Positions 45,900 through 58,922 are shown, counted from the first letter of the whole stretch. The stretch: DNA of 60,050 nt, filler included, from Asterionella formosa (GCA_002256025.1; 8 parts of 8 records of this genome joined end to end with filler, not necessarily neighbours in it), one strand, 5' to 3'. Numbers and translations are program-made. Notes: a model not told the origin generated them from the sequence alone.

Positions 45900-48800
45900 A
45901 TTTTTATAGCGCATTTTTACTAGTCTATTTCTAGGTTTGTCTTCGTTGCGCTCCATGGCCCTATTACTGTGCTGGGGCAGTGGAATATTTGGTGGGTACC
46001 AGTAGTCATTTCCTCTTGAAGAAGTAGGGGTAAAAAATATTGTGGTAGCTTTAATCTGGAATCGGTTCCCTTTGACTGCACTGTTCATGTCAGCCTGAGA
46101 ATTGGATGGTGAGTGTTGGTTGGGTGAGTGATTTTCTGTATTTCCCCACTTCTTGTTGCTGTTTCTTGGTGTGTGTCGTTACTGGGGTTGTTGATTGATA
46201 GTAGGAGCTTATTGATTTTTGACTTTTCTCCGCCCATGCTTTTGAATCCGCAAAAAAGTTTTTCGTCTTTTTTTCCCAATCTTGATTTCAGTAGATCCTC
46301 GAGAGGAGTACCAAAAAGGTGCTCATCTCTACTCGAGATTTCCCCTTTGTGTTGATACAGTTTTTTTTTCTTTTTCATCATATTCTAATTGTGATATCAA
46401 GTTATTCTGTCCATTGTGTAGTGCTTGGTTCCTTTCATGCCATGCTCCTTCCGTGACTTTCCGGAGTTGTGAAATTGCCATTTTCACCCATTGGTTGCAC
46501 ATCCGTTGTGTCGGACTTGGATCCTGCTTTAAGCTTTGTACCGCTATTCTCCACTCTTTGCTCATATACCCCCTTAGTGTCATTATATTACCTCGAGCGT
46601 TTTGTTGGGCAATGGCCTTACTTATGTGTCATTTTCTATTTAGTGGTTTACCCGGGACGAATTGGGGAACGAAACATATCTGATTTTGTGAGATGACATG
46701 TTGTACTAGGTATGCCTGGCATACGGAGGAAACTCTCTCACCTGTCTTGGACCTTTGTACTAGAGTTTGTGACATCTGTGAAATTTGTATGTCTGTTGTA
46801 TTTGCTCTTTGGATGCTTGCAGGTGTGCATGTGTTCATTTATTTCCCGCTCCCCACAGTGAACACAGCTGTCGGTGCCCTGGTGCATAACCTGTCTTCTT
46901 GCTCCTGTTGCGAGCCACCCATGTATGTATTTTGTGATTGTCGTTTTGGTTTGTCCCGCTTGCTCTCTATAAGCTGCGGATAGGTTGTCCCAGTCCACCA
47001 GTTGTTCCCTGTTTTCGTCGTAATTTAATCCATGTGACCTCCGCTGCTATTAGTAATGTGTGAATCAATTCCGCTAGAAGTGACACTATGTCTGCGTTGG
47101 CTGGGGGACGTCCCGTGTGCTTGCTCCATGACAAGAACCGAACTCTAGCTAGGGCGGCTGCACTGTCTGTCCAAATAGTTACCCCGGAAGATGTGTCTGT
47201 CTTGTGGAACTTGATGAATTCCAGTAGAAATTTCAACGCTGATGCAATTCCAAATAACTCCGCTCTTGTTGAGCTGTTCTGGTTGACATCTCCATCGACT
47301 GGCCCCGAGCAGGCTGCTGTTTGCCTTGGAATTAAACTTCTAGTTCCCCCCATTTGGTAAGCCATCCTGGTATTCTTTGGCATTCCATGATTTCCTTCCT
47401 CAATCTTCGCCCATCTGCTGTTGCTATTTCCGCCACTGTAGTCACCTGTAGGAACATTCTGCATGCATTTAAATGAAAAAGTCTGGATTGACTCAATCCC
47501 TTTCCCGCCATGATGTGCATAATCATCAAATCGTTTTGACATTGCCTTTCAGGACTCCAGTGGTTACTGATCTCGATTTTGAATTTGTTTCTGCCTAAAA
47601 ACTTTTGCATGGCTGTGCATTAGCCATGTTGGGGTTAAGTACGGAATTTCCTCTTCTGTGTGCATCAGTAAGGGTTCTTCGCAACCAGAATCTAGTTGAC
47701 TGGTTTATGACGAGATATCCATCATTTTTGCCACTTCATCTTTTGCATATTTGTGGAATAGATAATTTTCTGTGGCTCTGATCCCTTACTCGATTGATAA
47801 ATCCACTAGATTCAGTCCCACTGTTGATATTGGGCCATAGACCACTGCCTTTGGGAAATTTAAAATTGAAGCTCATTTTTCCAAGACTCGCCATGCATGC
47901 ATGCCCGCTTTTGTATGATTTCCAGTTGCGCTGATGACATGCTTGTGATTGGTAGCAAATACGCCATTTTTGCCGCCCATATCGCTTGGTGTGCCTGATC
48001 TGCGTCTCTTCTCCTTATCTTGTTTGACATTGTCTTTATTACATGATCATTGCTCTTCCATAGCAGCCTGTTGACCTCCCCTTCCCATGCACCTGCTGGG
48101 CTCAACATCATTCCCAGTGATTTTGTGCATTCTCCTGGGTTTTTATATGCTATAGTTATTGGACTGGTTTTGATTGTTGCCTTGGAAGTTTTTACAACAT
48201 ATGTTTGATCTGGAGTTTCCCCTGGAATCGGAGCTGTGGTACCTTGGTGGAGCAACGTTTGTTGTGAATATCCCTGCTTATCCCACTGCCAGTGGATCGA
48301 TTGATACGAAACATTTTGATAGTTCCAGGGTGCCTCCTGAAGCAAATAATAGTTATTCCCACAGTTGTGCGCATTTGCTTTTGTTAGGGTTTCAAGCATT
48401 GTTGCTATGATATTCATTCGTTCTTTGGGGTCGTCGTTGAACCCTAGACTGGTGTCGTCTACAAATGCATCTGCATATCGCTCTGATATGACCATGCCCG
48501 TTGGATCGCTGTATTTCATACCCCTTGGTGCATGTTTTGTATATGCTAACACTAAGGTAATGCAGATGGACAACCACACAGCTGGAGATGCCCTGCTCCC
48601 TTGCCCTGTCCCTGCGAGCAGTTGTTCTTGATCTGTACCCTGGTAGCGTGCCTCTGATGTACCATAAATCGTTTTTATATTGTATTTCATCAGTCTGACT
48701 GTCTCTGAATGTGCTAATATGGCTCCTGTCGGAACCCCCAGTATTCTCGCGCTCAACATAGCAATATTGACTAGAATCCTGTCATAACAACTCTCTGCAT

Positions 48801-49456
48801 CATTTTCAAAAATGGCGAGATTTGATCTTTGTTGTCTGGCGATGTCTAACGATAACGTCCTTTTAAATAGCACGTCAAGTGTGCTTCTATGTTTTCTGGA
48901 GCCCTGCATGTCTTCGCCAAACAGTCCGCGATCCTCTACTCTGCCCACCATATGAAATACCCATATCAATTTAAAGAACAAGTTGTAATTTGCTTCAAAA
49001 AGGTGGATGATGCAGAGACGATGGATTTTTGGATCTCCTTTGTCTTTTTCTAACATTACTGATGTTGCTTGTTGCCATCTACTGGGAGAGAATCCGTTCC
49101 TCACCGGGATTTGATAATCATCCTTGAGTACCCTATCAGTAATTCAGTGTCTTGTAAAGCGGCTTGCTTTTTTATGTCCCAGATGTCTACCAGCTACTGG
49201 AGGTCGGATGTAGAGGTCGATTCTTTCCATCCTTTGATACCTTTCTTGAAATCCGCTATCGATCTTTCTGTATTCAGCTGTTTGATACCTTTGAGTTCTG
49301 TTGGTATTGCCATGGAGGCAACTAGTTCTTTGACGCCCGGAAAGCACATCTCATCCACATTGTGGAAAAGCATGCCATCCAGTATCTTGTCTGCTGCTTC
49401 TGTCAGGCCGTTGAATCCTAAAAGAACCTTCATGGGTCCATGTCCAAACAACATCT
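45900..49456 (-). mobile_element. 5'-truncated degenerate non-LTR retrotransposon (Ambal-like LINE with RT, RNase H and CCHC)
   Basis: RT: RWQQATSVMLEKDKGDPKIHRLCIIHLFEANYN, GTGQGSRASP and AFVDD. RNase H: SSTRAELFG, WTDS, NADIV. C-terminal CVHC...EHMHTC. Several frameshifts; 3' boundary approximate. Confidence 0.9.
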
Positions 49457-49505
49457 AAGACGCCGTTTACCGCACTTTTTCGAATTTATGTCTAAAGTGA
49501 CGTAT

Positions 49506-49582
49506 TTATGCTACTTTTTTAAAATATTATGTTACTTTTCTAAAATATTATGTTACTTTTTTGAAATGTTATGCTACGTTTT
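49506..49582. repeat. 21-bp minisatellite, ~3.7 copies
   Basis: TTATGYTACTTTTYTRAAATR units at 49506, 49527, 49548 and 49569. Confidence 0.85.
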
Positions 49583-50129
49583 CCCCAATTTATTCGGGTT
49601 AAACAAAAAATTATTTCACTTATCGAATAATTATGTGATCACACCAATAATTATGTGTGTTCGTAACAATATATGTTGACCAACTAGCCATCGCAACAGT
49701 TTAAAAGCGAAATTATGCTGCTCTGCCGCAATATTATGCTGCTTTCACCATAGAATGAACGAAAGAGTCGCCAATTCCGATTCACTTATTATTTTTTCCG
49801 CTCCGACATATTTCTTTGATCTGAACTGGCAAAGAATGACACATGCAAGAGGAAGATTCACACAGTAGAATTCAGCACACGTAGTAGTTGATGTTGTAGA
49901 CACATTATTAAGTCATTGTTGATTGTAGAGATTACAATAGTAGCCTGCCAGATTGGAAATAAAGCACCGTTGGTACTCGTTGAGCATCGTTTAGCATTGC
50001 ATGTCTCCGTAGTGAGTCAAAATTGAGATGTGCCGCAATGGCCTTCTCCGTTTCGGAGCCGCTACAAATAGTCTACAGCGATAACTCTAGCAATTTCAAT
50101 ATAGAAAAAGAAGGAAAGGATGAGCAGCT

Positions 50130-52512
50130 GTAAATTGGTGAAGAAAGGAGGTATGGAAGTTTTGTTTCCACTGTACTTATGATCAGTCCACAAGCAACGA
50201 AAATTTATTTCATATCCTGATAACCAATTGAATCAATAAATGTTCGTTCTGAGAATATCGATATTCGAAATGCCGGAAATGCTCTCGTGTACATCGAATA
50301 CTATGCTGGATAGAAATCGGCCTTAAATTGGTGGAGAAAGATGGTTTGGAATACTGGTCATGCAGCAGCCCACAAGAACTGAAATATTACACATCATGAT
50401 GACCAATTTGATCAATATATGTTCGTTCTGAGAATATCGATATTCGAAATGAAGGCACTGATCTCGTGTAAATAGAATACTTTGCTGGATAAAAATCGGC
50501 TTTATATTGGTGGAGAAAGATGGCTTGGAATTTTTGATGCCACAGCTCTGATGATCAGTCCACAAGCATCCGAAAATTTACACATCCTCATGCCTCCAGC
50601 ATTGATCAATATATATTCGTTCTGAGACAATCGATATTCGAAATGACGGCACTCATCTCGTTTACATCGAATACTATGCTGGATATAAATCAGCCTTATA
50701 TTGGTGGAGAAAGATGGTTTGGAATTTTTGCAACCACAGCACTGATGTTCAGTTCACAGCAAGCACCGAAATTTTACACACCATCCTGATGACCAATTTG
50801 ATCAATATATGTTCATTCTGAGAATATCGCCATTCACCGTGACGGTATTGCTCTCGTGGACATCGAATACTATGCTGGATAGAAATCGGCCTTAAATTGG
50901 TGGAGAAAGGAGGTTTGGAATTCTTGTTGCCACAGCACTGATGATCAGTCCACAAGCATCCGAAAATTTTACTCATCCTGATGCCTCCATTGATCAATAT
51001 ATAGTCGTTCTGAGAATATCGACATTATTCATGACGACTCTGATCTCGTGTACATCGAAAACTTTGCTTGATAGAAATCGGTCTTAAAATGGTGGAGAAA
51101 GATGGTTTGTAATACTGGTCATGCAGCAGTTCACACGAACCGAAATACCCCCTGGCTAATGATCAGTCCACAAGCACAGTGAATTTACACATCCTGATGT
51201 CTCCTTTGATCAATATATGTCCGTTCTGAGAATATCGACATTCGAAATGACAGCTTTGATCTTTTGTACATCGAATACTATGTTTAATAAAATCGGCTTT
51301 AAATTGCTGGTTGGAGAAAGGAAGTTTGGAATTCTTGTTGCCACAGCACTGACCACAAGCATCCGAAAATTTTACTCATCCTGATGCCTCCATTGATCAA
51401 TATATGTTCAATCTGAGAATATCGACATTGTCCATGACAACTTTGATCTCCTTTACATCGAATACTTTGCTTGATAGAAATCGGTCTTAAATTGGTGGAG
51501 AAAGATGGCTGGTTTGGAATACTGGTCATGCAGCAGTCCACAAGAAGAACCTAAATTGTACACATCCTGATGACCAATTTGATCAATAATTGTCGGCATT
51601 GATCTCGTGTACATCGAATACTTTTCTAGATAGAAATCAGCCTTAAAATGGTGGAGCAAGATGGTTAGGAATTTTTGTTGCCATAGCAATTACAATCAGT
51701 CCACAAGCACCGAAAATTTTATTTCACATCCTGATGAACAATTTGATCAAAATATTTTCGTTCTTAGTATATCGACATTCATTATGACGCCATTGATGTC
51801 GTGTTCATCGAATACTATGATTGATAAAAATTAGAATTAAATTAGTGGAGAAAGATGGTTTGGCATTTTTGTTGCCACAGCACTGATGATCAGTCCAGAA
51901 GCATCCGAAAATTTACACATACGGAGGCCTCCTTTGATCAATATACGTTCGTTCTGAGCATATGAACATTCGACACGACTGCATTGATTTTGTGTACATC
52001 AAATACTATGCTAGATAGAAATCTTCCTTAAATTGGTTGAGAAGGGTTGTTTGGAATTTTTGTTGCTACTGCACTAATGATCAAGCTAGAAGTACCGAAA
52101 ATTTACACACCATTCTGATGAGCAATTTGATCAATGTATGTTCGTTCTGAGCGAGCATATCGACATTCGAAATATCGGCATTGATATCTCGTTTAAATCG
52201 AATACTATGCTAGATAGAAATTGACAATGAATTGGTAGAGAAAGATGAATTGGAAGTTTGGTTGTTAAAGCAGTGGTCCTAAAATTTACACATCCTGATG
52301 CCTCCTTTGGACAATATACGTTCGTTCTGAGCATATCGACATTCGACAAGAAGCCTTTGATTTTGGGTACATCAAATAATATATTAGATAGAAATCGGCA
52401 TCAAATTGATTGAGAAAGAAATGAATTGTAATTTAGGTTGCTACAGCACTGGTCATCAGTCCACAGCAAGCACCGAAAATTTTACGCATCCTGATGACGA
52501 ATTTGATCAATA
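50130..52512. repeat. Satellite array, ~190-bp monomer, ~13 diverged copies
   Basis: The anchor (A/T)ATTGGTGGAGAAAG recurs about every 160-215 bp, with conserved TTGATCAATATAT.TTCGTTCTGAGAATATCGA and TACATCGAATACT blocks. Confidence 0.95.
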
Positions 52513-54845
52513 CTGACTAAGCATAGACTGCGCCGGCTTTTTCTGNNNNNNNNNNNNNNNNNNNNNNNNNNNNNNNNNNNNNNNNNNNNTTAATTAATTA
52601 ANNNNNNNNNNNNNNNNNNNNNNNNNNNNNNNNNNNNNNNNNNNNTTAATAGAACAACCCATCACCATCATTAGCCGATCGGTAAATTCGTCGGTAAATT
52701 ATATACGGGTATATATATATATATAATTGTATGGGGGAATAGCGTACGTCTATACTGGTATAGTTGGTTTTTAGCTCCACATGATAGCTCACCTTGTGAG
52801 CAAGGTAACGGTAATGGTAGGTTCGATTTTCTCATTCTCCATCCTCTGCTAAGATAAAATGTTAATCAAATCTTATAGTACATTAAAGCTATCCAATAAT
52901 CACACTCATGACCACATGAATGGAAACAATCAGTTATGGTTTTATTTGAACCATTTGATGATAGAGTGGTGATGTTCAAGAAAATTGAGTCTGAAGATGA
53001 CAAGAGGTAGTAGAATCAGGTAGGAAGAGGAAGATCAGATAAGGACCAGAAGATGAGAATTTAGTAGAGATAGCAAAAGCTTGTTGCAAGGTATGTGATG
53101 CTCAAAATTGTGTGGGAAGGCCAAGAATTGGCTGCTGATCTGATGGAGATCGTAGATCATATAGGGATCCAAGTTTGTAGAGTAGCAAGCTATTAGATTT
53201 TGTAGGAATCAAGTGGAAAGCAGCATTATTGAATATAGTAGGGAGTAAAAGTTAAAGAAAGGGAGGAGTGAATGTAGCTATGGATGTCAAACTGAAGCTT
53301 TCAATTATTTGAGCTTAATTCTAGCTAGTTGGCAAAATGAGGAAGGTGAGGGATGGTCAGAAACAATTACTGAAGTTTTGGCATCATATACTTAGGCTAG
53401 TATTGAATCTACAAAGCAAGGCTAGTGGTACTGGCAGTAGTAAGCAATGTAGGAAAATATAGCCTGGTACCCCCATTGGACTACCAGCAGCACTATATTG
53501 CCACCAGGCATTCTTGTGCTGCCATGCCAGTGCAAAACCAATTATGCAGTCTGTTAGTATCACTTAAAGTTCCGCAGGACGTTGCCACTCATGTGGTGGT
53601 CAACCTACTTGTGCCAACTAGCCTTGAACACATGAATACTACCACGCCTGAGACCACATCAGCCAGCCATGTATTGCCTTCAGCATTATAGTGCTGCAGA
53701 AGCAGTAACAGCCAGCCAGTCGTAGTAGAATTGTGTTGCCACTGACAAGCCAGCAGTGGTAAAGTGCTGCTTCTGGCAATATACCAACATTGCTCCTTGT
53801 AGCTACTAGTACACAAATGACCAGTATACTGATGAGTCAACTTCTCAGCCACAGATACCAACTGAAATGTTAGCAGGGGTGAACGGAACAAATATTGTTG
53901 GTATGAATATAGGGGGAATGCATAAGATATTCTCTACCACCCCATGACTAACTTCCAAATGGACTCAAAAATAGTGCAAACAACAAGTCATTTGGTAAAG
54001 GTAGTGGCAATTTATTTTCATGTGTCCATCAGCAACATGTGAACGGCAGAAATGGTACTACTACTTTAGAGCAATGTGTTTTGACCAGAGTGTCATGATG
54101 CAGGGTAAGGAGGCAAAAATAAGTGCTAAATTGTTATCATTTAAAACCTTGGATTAGGTCTCACCAGGTATACAAGGCAGTACTGATACTGCGTCTGGAG
54201 CAGTTTCAGTATCCAACACTGCAGTATGATGATGCTGCTTTGCAGGGAAGGTCCGGTAATCGAGATATTTAGCTTAAGTAAAAAACTTGTTTTTCGCGGA
54301 GCTTCCATATATACTTTCACTGACCTCAGCTTGCAAGTAAGTACCAGGTATGCATTTACGCAGCAAGCATCCTTTCATGTAGGCAAACCAAGCACGCCAG
54401 TGAGCCATTTGAGCGACCCGCCAGCAATCGTCACTTCAGCAGCAACTGCAACTGTGCCAAGAGGACGACGTCACCAAATCAGCTACATCATGGATGATGT
54501 CATTATGATAACAACTAACAGTAAGTTGGCGGGCGGATTGTTCAGGCCATGATGTATGCATGATATTCCGGTATGTATATTCTGCGGTACATAGCTAGGT
54601 CGACGATGAAATGCGGGAGTTCTCATTCCGGTGGTATTCTTTTTCCATCAAGATCAGCCGAACAATGAGCGAGGAATAGCTGCTGGTCGGAAGTCTTGAT
54701 AGGGGGTTGGAACATTCTTTTCAGATGGGAAGTGCGAGGTACTCCTTGTCAAGTTCAGCTAAGGTGTAGTGATTTCTATATATTACAAGATGTTAAAATC
54801 ATTGGATTCAATGATGGTTCTAATGTTACAAAATTTGCAGTTATC

Positions 54846-55823
54846 CTATTGTTGAGCAATCAACACTTCTTCTATTTCGTAGTCTGGTACTGCTTGATTC
54901 TGAATCTGTCTTGTCTTGTTCAGCTTGTATTCCATAGCCTTTTCCCACTTGGACCTGTTCTTCTTGTATAAATCCAAGGCTGCCAAGGCATCCTCAAAAG
55001 CCGAGTGTGCATTGCCAGGCAACTGAATCTCCCGTCCCAACTTTTCCTTGGTGAGGTCCTTCAATTTGCGAGGCCACAAAATACCATTGTCAAATCTCAT
55101 CTTCATGAATGGTTCATACTTGGCAGTATCGCGAGTATCGTACCACGGATGGGAAATGCCCAAAACATGCAAATCATTCTTGAGGGCATGTCCGACCAAA
55201 ATCTTATTGTACAGCATGTCCGACACCAACCATAGACATTCGTCCATGGTAATAGCATATTCGGATTCCAAATCTTCCTTGGTGATTCCCGAAACAAATG
55301 TCCTGTAATCGACCACATCTTGCTCTGGTTTGACAAAGCAATCCAAAACAATTTCTGCATCCCAGTTGATAATGGTAACGCGTGCAAGTGCCGATTGTTG
55401 TCCATGATATCCCACCCCCACCATTTCACAATCGAGCGCCACATAACGTGACTTTTCCTCCTCGCTTAGTAGGGCCGCAGACGAGTCCTCGTTTTGTAGT
55501 CTCTTGACGGCATTGAGACGCTTTCGTTCACGTCGTGATGGCTTTGGGGCAGCAGCCGAGGAATTGCCAGAGGAGGAATCAGAATCAGAAATGCTGACAC
55601 TTCGCATACGTGGACTGGGCGGTGCCCGGCGACGGCGTTTGCCGGTGGTGTTGTTTTGAATTTGACATGGAGTCGAGTCCACCTTTAAGGAAACAAATGA
55701 GAGCAGAGGAGGGAAATGCAAAGAGTCAGTTTGGGTTTCCATGCAATTGGCCAAACTGTGGCTTCTGGTAACGGTATTCACGATGCTGTCACGTACGAGG
55801 TTACTGGGTGAAGGCATGGCCAT
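54846..55823 (-). CDS. DEDDh 3'-5' RNA exonuclease, REXO4/ISG20-like
   Basis: YVALDCEMVGVG, DYRTFVSGIT, ILVGHALKNDL and HSAFEDA motifs; basic NLS-like N-terminal region. Confidence 0.9.
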   Translation of the reverse strand: MAMPSPSNLVRDSIVNTVTRSHSLANCMETQTDSLHFPPLLSFVSLKVDSTPCQIQNNTTGKRRRRAPPSPRMRSVSISDSDSSSGNSSAAAPKPSRRERKRLNAVKRLQNEDSSAALLSEEEKSRYVALDCEMVGVGYHGQQSALARVTIINWDAEIVLDCFVKPEQDVVDYRTFVSGITKEDLESEYAITMDECLWLVSDMLYNKILVGHALKNDLHVLGISHPWYDTRDTAKYEPFMKMRFDNGILWPRKLKDLTKEKLGREIQLPGNAHSAFEDALAALDLYKKNRSKWEKAMEYKLNKTRQIQNQAVPDYEIEEVLIAQQ

Positions 55824-56978
55824 GATGAAGGTAAATGGAATGAAAGACTGGGAGTTGAGGAAAGTGATTTACTTCGTGTGTTGTATTTATGTGCCTTTGT
55901 CGAGAACAAAACGAAATCATTGCACTTGAATGCCACTACCGGTAGTCTACTGGTACCGGTAATGAAATGGTGGTTTAGCTATACTCTACGTCTGGTACAG
56001 TATATACCCATCAGTTGTTGTGATTTTTGAGTTCGGTCAGATCATCTTGTGCTCTGCCGTGGCCTGGCGTGCTTGTCATTTCTTTTCGTGACAGGAACAT
56101 GATTCAATTTGTACGAATTTTTCCACTACTGACTCCTTATCCTAAACAGGAGAAATAAGAGCCATCAATGCCTGGGATGCATTGTTCTTTACGTGATAAA
56201 AGCAAGTGGAACGATTCTCCTATTTAAATGACACTGTTCCTAAATTGGTAATCACGAATTTCAAAATGTCCGCCCATCATTCAACCAGGTACCGGTACAT
56301 ACCGGTATAGCAAGCACAGTTCTACCGTACTCTCGCTCAATGTAACCACTGGGTCATTTCTTGATGATTTTGATAGTCAGCGAACTCTACCTGCACCGGA
56401 AATTCCGACGTCCAATCAAACAACTGGAAGTGATGTAGGAAGTGTCAATTTCAACTACACAACATGACAAAGAATCCTGGCCTCGGCATCTGCTCGGTGG
56501 CTCTGTATCGTTTGAGTCTTGTGAGTCTAAACCGTCCACTGATCATACGTGGATGACCTTTTGGACACGTCAATCATCTCCTACTCATTGATTGGCGTCA
56601 GCACAGGATTGATGATGTCTCTATCTGATGTGTTTTTCTGGGGGGTTGCTAAATAAATTTAATATAAAATGTATTCAGTTCGAAATATGTACTGGTATAC
56701 GGGTAGCTCTCAAATGTCATTCATACTTCCTTGGTCACCACCAACGAAAGCAGAGGTGGCGTCTTTCTCTGGCCACTCGTCATCAGAAGAAGCCATCGAC
56801 TGATCAGCAGCAAGTGTGAGGTACTGACTGAAGCACCCTGACTTTTGTCGTGAGAGAAATCGAATCGATCCTGACGAGAATGCATCCCCCATTATCGTAC
56901 CCATCAACATTTGATGAACCGTTCGTTACCCCCTTTCGTTCCTTGCCGCGTCGTATGGATTTTCTCAAGGCGACCATC

Positions 56979-58811
56979 ATGATGAGACTAATCAGCATCA
57001 CGGTGTCATTCATGCTACTCGGACCTATTGTGACTGGTGCCTTTCATCCATCCTCCATGAATCGTCGCCGTCACGCATCACGGATGAGGATATTACTTTC
57101 TTTGAATAGTAATACCAAGGCGAACGTCAACAATAATACCGTCGTTCGTTTCTTTCGTGAAATAATTTCCTTCAAGGAAGAAGAACGACAACAACAACAA
57201 CCTAGCATTACAAATAAAATGGTCAATCCTGTTGAACAATTTGTTCAAGCGTTCAATATTCGAGAGCTAGACACTTGTATGGCTTTGTTTAGTGACGACT
57301 GCTACTATGACGATGCCACGTTTCCTAGACCTTTTATTGGGAAAGAATCGATTGAACGACAACTTAGGTTGCAAGCTCAAGCCACTTTGAGTACCATTGT
57401 GATTGATGAAATGGCCGTTGATACCAGCAACAAGATTGCCATTCTATATCATTTCGAAGGACAAGCAAACACAGAATCGAGACGACACATTGCGTTTTAC
57501 ACTATTAAAGCAAATGTCATCAATAGTGTCTTTAATACTGTTGAAGCAATATCCAAAAAAGACAGTGCCGATTTAGTCCTTTTGGCTACTGCAAGTAAAC
57601 TCCTTTTTAGCAACCGTAATGATGTTCCTCCTACTGCTGCAGTTTCGTCAGATGGATCAACTCCACCCGAAAAGTACTTCAATGCGTGGAATAGACGTGA
57701 TATGGACGGGGCGATTCAATTCTTTACTGAGGATTTAACTTATGAAGATACTGTCTTTGCTAAACCATTTGTTGGGAAAGATGCGCTAAAGAAACATCTC
57801 AACATTTGCGCCGACGCGTTTCCAGATTCGTTTGCCTTTGTCGTGGATGATATTGCCAATGACAGAAATAATCAAAAAATAGGAGTTCGTTGGCATGTGG
57901 AGAGTAACGGAAACTCACTACCATTCACTCGAGGTTGTTCCTTCTATCAAATTACCAAAAACGGGCTGATTCAGGATGGAATTGACTTTGTGGAACCAGC
58001 AGTGTTCAAGCTTGGTGGATTATCACTCTTTGGTCAATCAATGAAACAAAACATTATGAAAGAACCGATTCGATTGATTCCCATTTTTGTTTGGGTGGCC
58101 TACCTGTACATTGTTTTTTTCTCTATGGATATTCTACCAGGAGCCAATGCCTTGCAACTCGAGCAACGCACGTGGGAAGAAGTTCGAGATTTGAGTCTAA
58201 ATTTTTTCTTTGTTAGTCCATTGTTGAACCTACCTTTTTCTCCCGTGGTACATCCCATATTGGAAGGTGTTTTTAATCTATTACTGGCCTGGGCGGCCTT
58301 GTTTGCTGGGTTTCTCAGTGATGAGCGTACTCGAAAGCCCAATTTACTGCCACTTGTTCCAATTGTGGTTGGGATGCAATTCCTAACTTCCGCCTTTTTA
58401 CTCCCCTATTTGGCAACACGAAGTACAGAAACAGACGATTCAGTGGTAATTCTGCAAGACCTGGATATACCAATAGTGGAGAGCAAGATTTTGGGTCCAT
58501 TCCTTGGAGTAGTAGGAGTTTGTTCTTTGGCATGGGGTAGTCTAGCGCGAGCGACAGACTTTGGAGGGTGGAATGATCGCGTTAGTAGCTTTTGGGATTT
58601 GATGAGCATTGATCGAGTGGGGTCATCCTTTTTGGTGGATCTTGTCATTTTTGCATTATTTCAGGGATGGCTTGTGGATGACGATTTGAAGCGCCGTGGT
58701 ATTCCTCAAGAGGAGCTTGGAGTATTGCGGGGTATTGCCAAGTTTGTACCATTTTTTGGAATGGCAGTATACATGACACTGAGACCGAAGTATCCATCAA
58801 TCGATGATTGA
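56979..58811 (+). CDS. Plastid-targeted protein with two SnoaL/NTF2-like domains and a C-terminal multi-pass membrane domain
   Basis: Signal peptide plus TGA|FHP. Two repeats (FVQAFN..ELD....LFSDDCYYDD..F..PFIGK and YFNAWNRRDMD....FFTEDLTYED..F.KPFVGK), LPFTRGCSFY, then about 5-6 hydrophobic segments. Confidence 0.8.
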   Translation: MMRLISITVSFMLLGPIVTGAFHPSSMNRRRHASRMRILLSLNSNTKANVNNNTVVRFFREIISFKEEERQQQQPSITNKMVNPVEQFVQAFNIRELDTCMALFSDDCYYDDATFPRPFIGKESIERQLRLQAQATLSTIVIDEMAVDTSNKIAILYHFEGQANTESRRHIAFYTIKANVINSVFNTVEAISKKDSADLVLLATASKLLFSNRNDVPPTAAVSSDGSTPPEKYFNAWNRRDMDGAIQFFTEDLTYEDTVFAKPFVGKDALKKHLNICADAFPDSFAFVVDDIANDRNNQKIGVRWHVESNGNSLPFTRGCSFYQITKNGLIQDGIDFVEPAVFKLGGLSLFGQSMKQNIMKEPIRLIPIFVWVAYLYIVFFSMDILPGANALQLEQRTWEEVRDLSLNFFFVSPLLNLPFSPVVHPILEGVFNLLLAWAALFAGFLSDERTRKPNLLPLVPIVVGMQFLTSAFLLPYLATRSTETDDSVVILQDLDIPIVESKILGPFLGVVGVCSLAWGSLARATDFGGWNDRVSSFWDLMSIDRVGSSFLVDLVIFALFQGWLVDDDLKRRGIPQEELGVLRGIAKFVPFFGMAVYMTLRPKYPSIDD

Positions 58812-58922
58812 CCAAGTCAACATTGAATAATCGTAAATTCTAACAATAATGCCAGAATTGCAACCAAAATAGGTTTTGTAATTATTCAATCTATCTTACT
58901 ACCCATTCGATTTTTTGCCTAG

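Noticed and set aside
50040..50090. Helitron 3' end (CTCCG-TTT-CGGAG hairpin then CTAG)
   Set aside because: Hairpin-to-CTAG distance is longer than typical and no 5' end is identifiable.
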